DNA of 33,001 nucleotides from Muribaculaceae bacterium (GTDB taxonomy: Bacteria > Bacteroidota > Bacteroidia > Bacteroidales > Muribaculaceae). Below are positions 15,662-24,942 of the stretch, one piece after another. Location: NCBI GenBank assembly GCA_016302215.1, contig JAEDNZ010000001.1, forward strand, positions 1 through 33,001, read 5' to 3'. The position numbers and the translations under genes are program-made. The notes under the pieces were generated by a model. The model ran no database searches, was not told the DNA's origin, and worked only from the letters and a program-made list of their open reading frames with translations. Position 1 is the stretch's first letter. Each line of letters begins with the position of its first letter.

Positions 15662-17060
15662 ATTCGTAGTAGTTTATTAAGTTATTAAAGTCTGTAATTG
15701 ATTGATATACCGTAGTGTATATCTTTTTGAGTTTGAATACTATATGATTAGGTTTATACACAACATAGAGCCATTCGCTGTACGCATTCAGCACCTTATC
15801 AGCGATTGCCCTTTGTATGTTATACGCAGCACAATGCGAGAATAGCCCGAAATACGAGTTAAGCGACTTACAGAGCTCTCGTGCGTTATTCAGGCAGGGA
15901 TGCCGCAATGCCTCTCTGACCACATCAATGCAATAGCCGTGAGTCCTGTTGCTGATATAAATCCTCTGCATTTTTATAACTCTTCCGCAGAACGCAACAC
16001 CTCTATCGGCTGGCTGGATGTAGAGTTTCTTCGGGTGTATCGTCAAACCCTTGCTCTCGTACATCGACTTGGCCGTGCGATAGCCTTTCCAAAGCGTTTG
16101 CAGGTCGCTTGCAACATTGCAAGCATCGTCCACGAACTGCGTATGATATAAGCCATCTATACCTGCGAGTGCCTCGTTTACATCCGCAAGGAATAAACAA
16201 GCCATCAGTTGCGAGAGGTACTTACCAATAGGCAGCCCTTTCCCTGCACGAAGCCTCTTATTTACGGGAACAAGGTCAAGAAGGTGCTGCGAGCCTCGTA
16301 TTTCAGCGTTCAATGTTGGCTCGTCATATAAGATCCTTCTTATCATCTCTATCGAAAAGGCATCATCTCTACCGTATTCCTTCGGCATCTCATCGTAATA
16401 CTTGATGAATAGCTGGAACGCCTTGTCGCGGTCAATGCTCATAAAGAAGCCGCTTATGTCATAGGTCATCACATAGCAAGGTTGGCTATAACCACAGGAC
16501 GCTTTATATATGTTATCTCTTATCTGTTCCGCAGCGGTCTGCACGGAGTACCCTTTCCGATTTCCGTGCGATACATTTCCGCCTTTAGTGTGTGCGTACT
16601 CCGCCACCTCTACCAGCAGCGGAGCAACAAGATGATGCACTACCCTGTCAATGCACGGAGAGCAGTATATTTCACGATAGCAAGGCCTCGATACCGCAAA
16701 CAAGATGCTTCTGCTTGGTTGCCAAGTGCCATCTTTCAATTGGCTTATCAAAGACACAAGGGAAGACAGATGATAGTGGAGAGTTGCCGCTCCTTTGCTC
16801 TGATGCTTATTTGCATAGCAAGTGGCTTCCGCTTCAAGAACACGAGCAGCGAAAGAAGATAGTAATTCGGAGGACGGAACGCACCGATAGCGATTGTAAG
16901 TGTTGTTGTTCGTTACATTACCATTGTTGGCGTTGCACACCCACGCATTCGTAGCATTGTTACGAACTGCACACCACAGTCCTTTCTCCGCTGTCGAAAT
17001 ACCTTGCTCTTCACAAGGGCGGAGACCCTTAATATCTTCTCGCTCACTCAACTTCGTCAT
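15555..17060 (-). CDS. DGR reverse transcriptase (TR embedded in its 5' coding region)
   Basis: DRVVHHL, YDISGFFMSID, GLPIGKYLSQ (DGR-type SQ motif), QFVDD, FCG; adjacent TR, VR and avd. Confidence 0.95.
   Translation of the reverse strand: MTKLSEREDIKGLRPCEEQGISTAEKGLWCAVRNNATNAWVCNANNGNVTNNNTYNRYRCVPSSELLSSFAARVLEAEATCYANKHQSKGAATLHYHLSSLVSLISQLKDGTWQPSRSILFAVSRPCYREIYCSPCIDRVVHHLVAPLLVEVAEYAHTKGGNVSHGNRKGYSVQTAAEQIRDNIYKASCGYSQPCYVMTYDISGFFMSIDRDKAFQLFIKYYDEMPKEYGRDDAFSIEMIRRILYDEPTLNAEIRGSQHLLDLVPVNKRLRAGKGLPIGKYLSQLMACLFLADVNEALAGIDGLYHTQFVDDACNVASDLQTLWKGYRTAKSMYESKGLTIHPKKLYIQPADRGVAFCGRVIKMQRIYISNRTHGYCIDVVREALRHPCLNNARELCKSLNSYFGLFSHCAAYNIQRAIADKVLNAYSEWLYVVYKPNHIVFKLKKIYTTVYQSITDFNNLINYYEYETCKDERRKSLRRCDRRNWRSSRKVQKRRLQATL
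16868..16980 (-). repeat. DGR template repeat (TR)
   Basis: 113-bp ungapped match to 17483-17595; 30 adenines on the coding strand; 11 AAY codons. Confidence 0.95.
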
Positions 17061-17062
17061 TT

Positions 17063-17410
17063 TTAGGCTTGTTGATTCTGGCTCATCTTACTTACTTGAG
17101 ATATGACATTTTCACAAGACTCATCTATTACAGCAGCCACTTTCGGAGGCCAGCCTCCAAGGGCGGCTATAAAATAAGCCTGTGCCTGTATGTCATAGGC
17201 GGACTCGATTATCCTCTTCCGATAGTCAAGCCCTTGAAGATGCCTGTAACAGTGCTTGAATAGCAACGCTCCCTCTTTGAGTATCGTGTCTATATAGTTA
17301 TGCTGTACTATCTTATAAGCACGCTTCCCGTGAGTTATCATATAATTGTTGAGCGTTACCACCCTGCCTATTACAGGTGTTTTCAATGCAGCCCGTGTTC
17401 TATTATTCAT
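17063..17410 (-). CDS. avd: Avd-like accessory variability determinant
   Basis: 115-aa helical basic protein in the canonical slot between VR and TR/RT; sequence is divergent. Confidence 0.7.
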   Translation of the reverse strand: MNNRTRAALKTPVIGRVVTLNNYMITHGKRAYKIVQHNYIDTILKEGALLFKHCYRHLQGLDYRKRIIESAYDIQAQAYFIAALGGWPPKVAAVIDESCENVISQVSKMSQNQQA

Positions 17411-17447
17411 CTGTCTATTCCTTGTGTTTCCTATATTCTGTGTCTAT

Positions 17448-17465
17448 GGCGCGCTACCGCACGCC
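17448..17465 (-). promoter_or_regulatory. DGR target-recognition hairpin downstream of VR/IMH
   Basis: Minus strand GGCGTGC-GGTA-GCGCGCC (7-bp GC stem with one G-T, 4-nt loop), 9 nt after the target stop codon. Confidence 0.75.
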
Positions 17466-17474
17466 TACGATAAA

Positions 17475-19109
17475 TCATAAGGCGGAGGACGGAACGCACC
17501 GATAGCGATTGCAAGTGGCGCCGTACGACACACTACCATTGCTGGCGTAGCACACCCACGCATACGCAGCGCTGTAACGAACTGCACACCACAGTACCGA
17601 GGAGCCGTATCCGCCAGTAACATAAACAATTCTATGTCTCACGCCTAATGTCGGACTGTACCAGCCTTCATAGGATGCGAGATAGGTAGCAAGTGCCGTG
17701 TACAGATTGGTACATCTCGGACTGCTCGTCGTTGTGGCTCTATTGTAGTAGTATGAAGAGCCAAGCAAGTCATTACACAGAGCCAACCCCACCACATTTT
17801 TTGCCCAAGCAATTGCAGGGCAGTCAGGGATGTTATAGTCAAGAATCGTCGATGCACTCGCCCTCGTGATGGTCGGAGTTGCAATCATCCACTTATCCCC
17901 AGCAAGGATTGCCTCCGAGCCTTTCGCCCCCGGTGTAAGTATCGGGCGAGTCGTAGAGTTGACTCCCGTGTCATCCATATTGACACCCTTCGCTATCTGC
18001 TGATTGTATATATAGTCCCTCACGCTTGCACGGAGAGGTAAGTAACCGCTGCCTCCAGATGTTCCGTGCTGTGCGTTGATGTTATACTTCGCAAGCAGCC
18101 CTGTGTTTATCTTGTTAGTGCCATCAGTGAGCCAGAAATACATATCTTCTCCAACAGCGGCTGTCTCTCCGTTTGCGTTAAGTATCAGCGTCTTTACCTG
18201 CCCGTTATCCGCAAGGTTTTCCGTAGTAAGCCCGGAGTATATAGCATAGGAGTGTCTGTACCACTCGCTGAACTGCCAAAGATAGTCAGTTCTTGCATCT
18301 TCGTCTTCCGTGCCACAATTGGCTGCGACAGCGCCCGTTACTTTCTCGAAGGTAAACGATGCTCCTGTATTCGCACTCACAAAAGCCAAGTGCGTGTCGT
18401 CCACCGTCACAACTGACCACTCATTCGAGAGCATCTTGCCTGTTACTCCGTTTGCGTCTGTATTGGCAACGATTTCAGCCTCTGCATCCGCTCCCGACGC
18501 TACGGAGTTATAAAATGGCGAGCCACCATTAAACCAATGTGAGTGGCGTAAGTTATTGGCGTGGTCAACCGCCGTGTTCCCCGTAATGTCGTAATACCTT
18601 TGCGGGTCTGTCACGGAGTCATCTTTGAAGTAAGCCCATCCGAGCAACTTCCAGCCCATTCCGTTGCATCTTACAGCTAATCCTATCGGCTCGGATAGGT
18701 CATAAGTGCCACCATCGGCTACAGTCCTCTTGTACCCGTTTCTTTTCCACCTCTCGTTCATCTCCTTGAGCGACCACCGCTTGAAGATGCGAGGTTCTCC
18801 TTTCAGGTCAGTCTTCCTTGTTACCACACCGAGGTCGGTGTCGTGCAGCACCGTCTCCTCTGTCTCTTCCGTCACAAAGCCGAGATTTGGGTTGTCAGCA
18901 ATATATGCCGTGCCTCCGTCAGCCGTATATACGGGAGTAGCAACGGGCGTGAAAATTTGCCCGTATTGTTCTGCTTCAAGGTCGTTATGCAACGCCTCTA
19001 CACAGGTGCGGAAGTCTTGTGGATTAATCTTCTCGTCACTGCCTTGCTTGCCTCTTATGGCATCTGCAAGGTCTGTGAGGTACTCTTTCAGATTATTGGT
19101 CTTACTCAT
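17475..19109 (-). CDS. DGR target protein, probable receptor-binding/tail-fibre protein with CLec-like C-terminal VR
   Basis: Ends LWCAVRYSAAYAWVCYASNGSVSYGATCNRYRCVPSSAL; N-terminal LTDLADAIR..GS...I.PQDF fibre-attachment-like motif; lies in the tail module. Confidence 0.85.
   Translation of the reverse strand: MSKTNNLKEYLTDLADAIRGKQGSDEKINPQDFRTCVEALHNDLEAEQYGQIFTPVATPVYTADGGTAYIADNPNLGFVTEETEETVLHDTDLGVVTRKTDLKGEPRIFKRWSLKEMNERWKRNGYKRTVADGGTYDLSEPIGLAVRCNGMGWKLLGWAYFKDDSVTDPQRYYDITGNTAVDHANNLRHSHWFNGGSPFYNSVASGADAEAEIVANTDANGVTGKMLSNEWSVVTVDDTHLAFVSANTGASFTFEKVTGAVAANCGTEDEDARTDYLWQFSEWYRHSYAIYSGLTTENLADNGQVKTLILNANGETAAVGEDMYFWLTDGTNKINTGLLAKYNINAQHGTSGGSGYLPLRASVRDYIYNQQIAKGVNMDDTGVNSTTRPILTPGAKGSEAILAGDKWMIATPTITRASASTILDYNIPDCPAIAWAKNVVGLALCNDLLGSSYYYNRATTTSSPRCTNLYTALATYLASYEGWYSPTLGVRHRIVYVTGGYGSSVLWCAVRYSAAYAWVCYASNGSVSYGATCNRYRCVPSSAL
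17483..17595 (-). repeat. DGR variable repeat (VR)
   Basis: 16 mismatches to TR, 15 of them at TR adenines; encodes the extreme C-terminus of the target. Confidence 0.95.
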
Positions 19110-19111
19110 AG

Positions 19112-20128
19112 CTATACCTCCGTGTTAAGGGTTGTCGTTATTGCTGATGCTATGGCAGCATCTACCTCGCTCTTTGTGTAGGCGTCTCCAATGCCGTAGC
19201 CTGCAAGGGTCGTTGCCTTGTCTGCTTTTTTCGATACATCGGGTATCTCCGTCTTTAGTGCTATATTTGGCTTGTCTGCCAAGTACACGGGGTCGCTCTC
19301 GCTTTGTAATGCCGTTGCACCCTTGGCTGCACCGCTGCGGATAGTGTCAAGGTCTGTGATAGTGTCTTGCTTTCCGTCAATGAGAGCCTTTATCTGTGTG
19401 TCGTCGTAGTTCTCAAGCCCTGCAAGTTTAGCCTTCTCTGCATCGGTATAGTCATTGGAAGAAAGACCTTTGCCTTCCTCTTTGTCAACCTTTTCGTTAA
19501 GCTCGCTCTTGAGTGCAAGGTTCGGCTTATCAGCCGCATAGATAGGGTCGCTCTCCGTGTATGACTGCAATGCGGTACTTCCTTTCTCCGCACCTTGCCT
19601 TATGGCATCAAGGTCGGAGATTGTATCCTGCTTCCCGTCAAGCAGCGGTCTGATGAGCGATGCACCGCCCTCGTACAGGTCAGCCTTGTCAGCCTCTGTG
19701 AGGTCAGCATAGGTCATCTTGTCGCCTTTGTCACCTTTCGTTCCGATAGCCATATCCATCGCTATCTCAAGGGCTTCGATAGTGATTACTCCGTCGTTCT
19801 CTATGTTTTCCTGATAAGAGTGCTTGACAAGTTCAAAGCAAGCATCCTTGTCAACGGTTCTCATTCCCACCTCTTTGTCATTCTCCCTTACAACGATGGT
19901 GTAAACGCCAATTACCTTCTGGTCTTTTCCGTAGAAGGAAAACGCAAGGATACTTCCGTCGTCTCCCGTTACCTCAAACTCCGTTATCTTCGTTTCGATT
20001 CCTCTCGGGTTGACAAGACTAACAGAGATGTCCCTGCCCCGCATATCGAACGGGGACAGCACTCCCTCTATCCTTTGCCTTATCAGAGCTAGCACCCTGA
20101 TGTCATTACCTATCCTCTTTTTGTACAT
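19112..20128 (-). CDS. Tail-fibre/baseplate-associated structural protein with internal repeats
   Basis: GTKGDKGD; two ~48-aa DGKQDTI.DLD.IR.GA.KG.TALQS repeats; KVDKEEGKGLSSNDYTDAEKAKL; KADKATTLAGYGIGDAYTK. Confidence 0.75.
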   Translation of the reverse strand: MYKKRIGNDIRVLALIRQRIEGVLSPFDMRGRDISVSLVNPRGIETKITEFEVTGDDGSILAFSFYGKDQKVIGVYTIVVRENDKEVGMRTVDKDACFELVKHSYQENIENDGVITIEALEIAMDMAIGTKGDKGDKMTYADLTEADKADLYEGGASLIRPLLDGKQDTISDLDAIRQGAEKGSTALQSYTESDPIYAADKPNLALKSELNEKVDKEEGKGLSSNDYTDAEKAKLAGLENYDDTQIKALIDGKQDTITDLDTIRSGAAKGATALQSESDPVYLADKPNIALKTEIPDVSKKADKATTLAGYGIGDAYTKSEVDAAIASAITTTLNTEV

Positions 20129-20153
20129 ATGATGATTTTTTTTTTAATGCTAC

Positions 20154-20185
20154 CTTGTGTTTACCACCATTATGTGTTATCTTTG
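20154..20185 (+). promoter_or_regulatory. Plus-strand Bacteroidetes-type promoter in the tail-module intergenic gap
   Basis: CTTG (20154-20157) - 20 nt - TATCTTTG (20178-20185). Confidence 0.55.
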
Positions 20186-20247
20186 TTGTGAGCAACCAGG
20201 CCACAGGGAGGGGGCTATCGTCCGACCAGCCAATGGGCAGGTTAGCC

Positions 20248-20283
20248 AATGAGCGCTATCCAGTGGAGGCGCTCATTTTTATT
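20248..20283 (+). terminator. Rho-independent terminator, plus-strand polarity
   Basis: AATGAGCGC (20248-20256) / GCGCTCATT (20269-20277) running into a T-tract; no T-tract on the minus side. Confidence 0.65.
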
Positions 20284-22939
20284 GCCCTACATCATAGCCC
20301 AGCACATAGTTATAGCCGTTACCTTGGTCTCGTCTGTCGTTGATGCGCACGCGCATAGGTGTTACGGCCGTGTAAAAATATCGGGGTACCCCATGTATAG
20401 CCTGCGTTGTAGGTACCAGCTCCTTGCCGCTATCAACCAAAGCAGTAAATGCCGGATTAGGCACACGCAGGGCCCACCCGAAGAGCTTGGAATGCTTACC
20501 AGCTACCTTGTACTGCGAGCCCCATCCTATATTGGCAGCCGACGTCCTCCAGGTGTCAAGGGTAACACTCATCATCTGGGTGTCGCTGTACCCATCAATG
20601 ACTGTAAAACGCTGTGCGATGAATGTGCTTAGGCTATTAATATACATGTAGTCAGCTGATGACACAAGTGGCTGCAGACCCCCCGGAAGCTCGTTAGACA
20701 GGCGCCCGTTGGCTACACTCCACTTCTTGCGCTCTTTATAGTACACCTCCCCTTGACCCTGCCTCGTTACACGCCTGCTATCGTTGCGGCTATACACCAT
20801 CAGCACTATCTCAGCGTCGTCACGCAGATGCTGCAGAGGGTGTGTTATCTCAATTCTATAGTCAGCAGTGACACCTTTATGCGGATGTATAATGCACACA
20901 CGAGGCGGCGCGGCCAACAACCAACCACTCATCAGCTCATTGTTAAGCTTGAGGGCATCTGACATCTGAGCTGCCTTCGGGATAGTGTAGCCATCCAACA
21001 ACGCAACCTTTATGTTTCCGTCCGCCGTGAGAGGGGATCCACTCACTGCAAACGGGTCTGGCATTATGAGCCCGACGCTTTTAAGCCCGCCGGGGACCCC
21101 GCCAGACGAGCCACCGGACGATGACCCTGAACCACTACTGCTACCCGAGCTCGTAGCTGTGTATCGTGAAGTGATGCTCTCAACCGTGATGTCTGCGACA
21201 GGCAGTGACACCATCTCATTGATGGTGAGCTCGTCCGCGATGAGAGACCAGTCATAGCGCCGCAGCATATATACGACGCCGGACTGCCGCCACAGCAGAG
21301 GGATGCTGCTCGTGCCGCTCGGCACGTTGAGTATGCCTGTCTTGTCAACTGCAGGTAGCGCGTTGCTCCTCGCGTACATAACACCCATATATGCCACGTA
21401 GTCGTATGAGCCTCCCCACTTACGGAGTGCCTTGCCGCCGCGCATCATCACGCCCTCACGCAGGAGTGCCAACGTGCCGGCGTCAACTCCGTCGATGTCG
21501 CTGCTCGCAAGCATCTCCACGCTCTCACCGGCATCGCGTGCGCCATTGCCCAGCTTGACGGTGGTCTCCGTGCCGCTATAACTCGGCACCTCGCGTAGCG
21601 ACATACGGGTCACCTTGCTGGTGCCTGATTGCGGTCTCACCTGCACGGTGATGGTGTCCAAGTATATCTCGATGTCGTGCATCGCTCCGAGACTGTACAC
21701 AATGCCTCCGTAGCCGTCGTCCTCCGCATATATGTGCACCTCGTTGTCCGGGAGCACAAGGCTCATCTCGAGCTTGTCGCGGTCGGGCGTTATCGCCTTG
21801 ACCTCGGTGAGCACGGGCTCACCGCTTATCCAACTGCCACCTTCGCCGACGGTCATCACAGGGACGCCGTCCTGCAGCACCACCGAGCCGACAGTCCACG
21901 GGCCTCCGTGCGGTCCTGCAGTGGTGTTAGTGGTCTTGCCCGTTATATCAACGACGAGGCTGCCGTCGCCCGTGGCCTCTATCTCAAGCTGCAGCTTGGT
22001 GCCCTTGGCGTATACGTTGCCGACATACACCTCCTGCTTGATATTGCGGTTGCCGCTACCACCAAGGAGGACACCGTCCTCCATCTGTCCTGCTCCACCC
22101 TGGGCGGTGAGTGTCGGGTCCGGCATCAGCTCGCGCGTGACGGCAGTCGTGGCAAGTGTCACCTCGCGCTTGGCGGGTACGACCTTGTCGGACAACTTGC
22201 CGACCGGCCACCACGCTCCGCCCAGCGCCTGCACAGGCAGAGACACATCGTTGCCGGTGTCCCCGTCGTGCAGTATCAGAGCGGAGCCGTCAGTTGGCAG
22301 GTCACACTCGTTGACGACTACCCACGCGCCCTGGTCGTACATTATCATGGCGTGCATCGATGCAAGCAGATCGCTCAGCATCTCGTAGCAGCTGCGCCCG
22401 CTCTGGCTCGTAAGGTCCAGGCTCACAGACGTCAAGTAGTTGCTGCCATTGCAACCGTCGCTGCTATAGTTGAGCCGCCACATTATCGGCAGATCATCCT
22501 GCTGGGCTGTACGCAGGAGCGCCTTGAGTATATCATGCAGGGTCATCGGTCCGTCCTGCGTATAGTCAGTGCGCTTGAGCTCACCGAGGCCGTCCGTGGC
22601 GATCACCTCCACATCGTATGGCGGCGCCATATCGGGGGCACTGTACAACTCAGGCGAGACGTAGCCACGCCAGACCTGCAGCACGTCGTTAAGGTACACC
22701 TCCGCAAGCCACTCGTATGGGCTGCTAGTGTACATCGCAACATACTCGCCGTCCTCAACGCACTCCATGCGCAGCGTGAGCGATGACCCGAGGATGGCCC
22801 CGTTACGCTCACGGCGGAGCACAGGACTCGCACCCATCGCGCGGATCTTATACTGACCGCTCCAGCCTGTCATCGGTCGGAGATATATCGTGTAGTCGCT
22901 CCCGGCTTGGGAGGCAAATCTGAACCTATAGCCGTCCAT
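20279..22939 (-). CDS. Large tail tip/hub structural protein
   Basis: 886 aa directly after the tape measure gene; WRGYVSPELYS...ATDGLGELK hub-like N-terminus; Gly/Ser linker. Confidence 0.75.
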   Translation of the reverse strand: MDGYRFRFASQAGSDYTIYLRPMTGWSGQYKIRAMGASPVLRRERNGAILGSSLTLRMECVEDGEYVAMYTSSPYEWLAEVYLNDVLQVWRGYVSPELYSAPDMAPPYDVEVIATDGLGELKRTDYTQDGPMTLHDILKALLRTAQQDDLPIMWRLNYSSDGCNGSNYLTSVSLDLTSQSGRSCYEMLSDLLASMHAMIMYDQGAWVVVNECDLPTDGSALILHDGDTGNDVSLPVQALGGAWWPVGKLSDKVVPAKREVTLATTAVTRELMPDPTLTAQGGAGQMEDGVLLGGSGNRNIKQEVYVGNVYAKGTKLQLEIEATGDGSLVVDITGKTTNTTAGPHGGPWTVGSVVLQDGVPVMTVGEGGSWISGEPVLTEVKAITPDRDKLEMSLVLPDNEVHIYAEDDGYGGIVYSLGAMHDIEIYLDTITVQVRPQSGTSKVTRMSLREVPSYSGTETTVKLGNGARDAGESVEMLASSDIDGVDAGTLALLREGVMMRGGKALRKWGGSYDYVAYMGVMYARSNALPAVDKTGILNVPSGTSSIPLLWRQSGVVYMLRRYDWSLIADELTINEMVSLPVADITVESITSRYTATSSGSSSGSGSSSGGSSGGVPGGLKSVGLIMPDPFAVSGSPLTADGNIKVALLDGYTIPKAAQMSDALKLNNELMSGWLLAAPPRVCIIHPHKGVTADYRIEITHPLQHLRDDAEIVLMVYSRNDSRRVTRQGQGEVYYKERKKWSVANGRLSNELPGGLQPLVSSADYMYINSLSTFIAQRFTVIDGYSDTQMMSVTLDTWRTSAANIGWGSQYKVAGKHSKLFGWALRVPNPAFTALVDSGKELVPTTQAIHGVPRYFYTAVTPMRVRINDRRDQGNGYNYVLGYDVGQ

Positions 22940-24942
22940 TACGTCGTCCTGTTATATCGTTGCGCCTCGTTGTCAAGCACTGCTGCCAGTGTGCTGCCTG
23001 TAGCCTCCAGCCGCCCCGTCACCTTGACTGTCATCTCACGCCCGTACGTATCGGACCCGATGCTGCTGCCGCTGCTGTAACTGCTTGCAGACGCCACGTT
23101 GGTGCTCGCGCTGTAGTTGCCAGACGCTGCGTTACTCATACCTGTCTTAAGAGCGGACCCGAGCGCCACGAGAGCGGCACCGGCTGCAATCGCTACGTAT
23201 GGGTTAAGGCTCTCGAGCGCGGCCTTGATGCCGAGCGTTGCAACGCCGGTCTGTATCGCCATCTTGCCGACACTTATGGCGAGGTCTGCAAAGGCGCTGA
23301 CCGCGCCGGATGAAAAGTTGCTCCAGGCGTCGCCACCCGTTGCGAGGTCTCCGATGAGTCCTCCTATAATCTCCGAGGTATTGACGCCGAGCTCCGTCAG
23401 CTGACTGTTAAGCGCTCCGCTCACGTCGATAAAATCAGACATATCGGCAGCAATGCCGATTGTGACGGTCGTGCCGTTAACGCCGGTAACGATGCCGTCC
23501 TTGAGCGAGCTAATAAAGCTCTGCATCTCTGTCGGCTCCACCTGAGGGTGTACCGCAAGGCCTACCTCCGGAGCCGTCAACTGGCTTAGGATCACCGCGC
23601 GGGCATCTGCCAGGTTGGACGCATCGGTGGCGACGTCGATAGTGACCGGAGTGCCGCTGACGCCATTAACAACCTCGCTCTTAAGCGAGCCGATAAAGCT
23701 CTGCACCTCTGACGGCTCTACACGAGGGTGCACCTCAAGGTCTACCTCTAGCCCGTCGGGCTGTATATATTCTAGCGGCTGCAGCGTTGGGTTTGCGGCT
23801 ATCGCCGGCAGCAGGTCAGCCGCAGGCTCCTCAGGCTGCATATATTCGAGCGGCTGTAGCAACGGACTCGTGGCTATTGCCGGAAGCGGATTGGCCGCCA
23901 TCAGCGACCTCAGTGCAGCAACGCGCTCTCTCTCATCCCGCTCTGCTGTAACTAACTTGTTGAGAGTTCTCTGCTTCTCGGTCAGTTCTCGCAGCTCGTT
24001 ATTGCGGGAGCGGTCCATCTGTGCCAGAGCGACCTTAGCGTTGATGAGCGCATCTTCGGCGGCCAGGTCATTAGTTGCAAGGTCCGACAGTGCCTGCTGA
24101 TTATCAACAATGACCTTCTGCAGTTCAATCTGCTGATCGTACTTGTCATTGATTAGCTGCTGCGCCTCAGCTAAAAAGCTCGCTCGCTCAGCGGCTGTGT
24201 AGGTCTCGAGATTGGCCTTGTACCGAAGGTCCGCTATCTTGGAGTCGTTGTTAGCTATAACAACCTGCAGCTTGGCAAGTTCACGCTGTGCGTTATATAT
24301 GTTGTTGGTGTGCTGCTCAGCCTGAGCGGCTGCATCGGCCGCCTTCTGCGTCGTGTCCAACAAGCCGCCTACGACCTCCGCACTCTGGGTTGGTGTGAGC
24401 TCGCCTGCAAACGCGGCTCCGCTTATAAACGTCTGCTTTATTTGGGCTCCTAGAGTCCCGATAAATTTTTTCCAGGCAGACTCAGCCTTGGCAGCTCCCT
24501 CGCCGAGGCTGGCATTGGCATCATGCAGCACCTGCTTGTATGTGCTCACATAGGCAGCGGTGGCGAGCTCTATGTTGGCGCCACGCACTGTAGTCTTGAA
24601 GTTTTCAGCCTCGGCGCTGAGCACCTTGAAACTGGCGATAGCGGCGCCGATGCCGAGACCCGCAATGGCTGTCGTAGCCGTCGCCATTGCCCCGCTCATC
24701 AGACTGCCGGCTGCCTTACCGGCGTTGCCGAGCTTGCCCATCTCTATGGCGGCACCACGCATCGCGCTGCCTATTGATTTAGCCTTGCTGATGGCGCCAC
24801 CCAGAGCATTATCCAACGCATCGAGCGCATTGCTGCCCGCGCGTTGGAAATCACGCACGGCTGCCTTACTATCGTCGAGCCCCTTTTTAAGCCCGGAGGC
24901 ATCCGCTACGATGCCCAATTGAAGATTACGCTCCTTAGCCAT
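22939..24942 (-). CDS. Tape measure protein
   Basis: Ala-rich helical protein after the tail chaperones; IVADASGLKKGL N-terminus; AIAAGAALVALG C-terminal block. Confidence 0.85.
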   Translation of the reverse strand: MAKERNLQLGIVADASGLKKGLDDSKAAVRDFQRAGSNALDALDNALGGAISKAKSIGSAMRGAAIEMGKLGNAGKAAGSLMSGAMATATTAIAGLGIGAAIASFKVLSAEAENFKTTVRGANIELATAAYVSTYKQVLHDANASLGEGAAKAESAWKKFIGTLGAQIKQTFISGAAFAGELTPTQSAEVVGGLLDTTQKAADAAAQAEQHTNNIYNAQRELAKLQVVIANNDSKIADLRYKANLETYTAAERASFLAEAQQLINDKYDQQIELQKVIVDNQQALSDLATNDLAAEDALINAKVALAQMDRSRNNELRELTEKQRTLNKLVTAERDERERVAALRSLMAANPLPAIATSPLLQPLEYMQPEEPAADLLPAIAANPTLQPLEYIQPDGLEVDLEVHPRVEPSEVQSFIGSLKSEVVNGVSGTPVTIDVATDASNLADARAVILSQLTAPEVGLAVHPQVEPTEMQSFISSLKDGIVTGVNGTTVTIGIAADMSDFIDVSGALNSQLTELGVNTSEIIGGLIGDLATGGDAWSNFSSGAVSAFADLAISVGKMAIQTGVATLGIKAALESLNPYVAIAAGAALVALGSALKTGMSNAASGNYSASTNVASASSYSSGSSIGSDTYGREMTVKVTGRLEATGSTLAAVLDNEAQRYNRTT

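Noticed and set aside
15555..17060. Group II intron or retron RT
   Set aside because: The SQ motif, the avd-like neighbour and an adenine-specific TR/VR pair identify it as a DGR RT.
20279..22939. Second DGR target elsewhere in the window
   Set aside because: No other ORF contains the VR peptide pattern, and I saw no further TR-like nucleotide copy by eye. A self-BLAST would confirm this.
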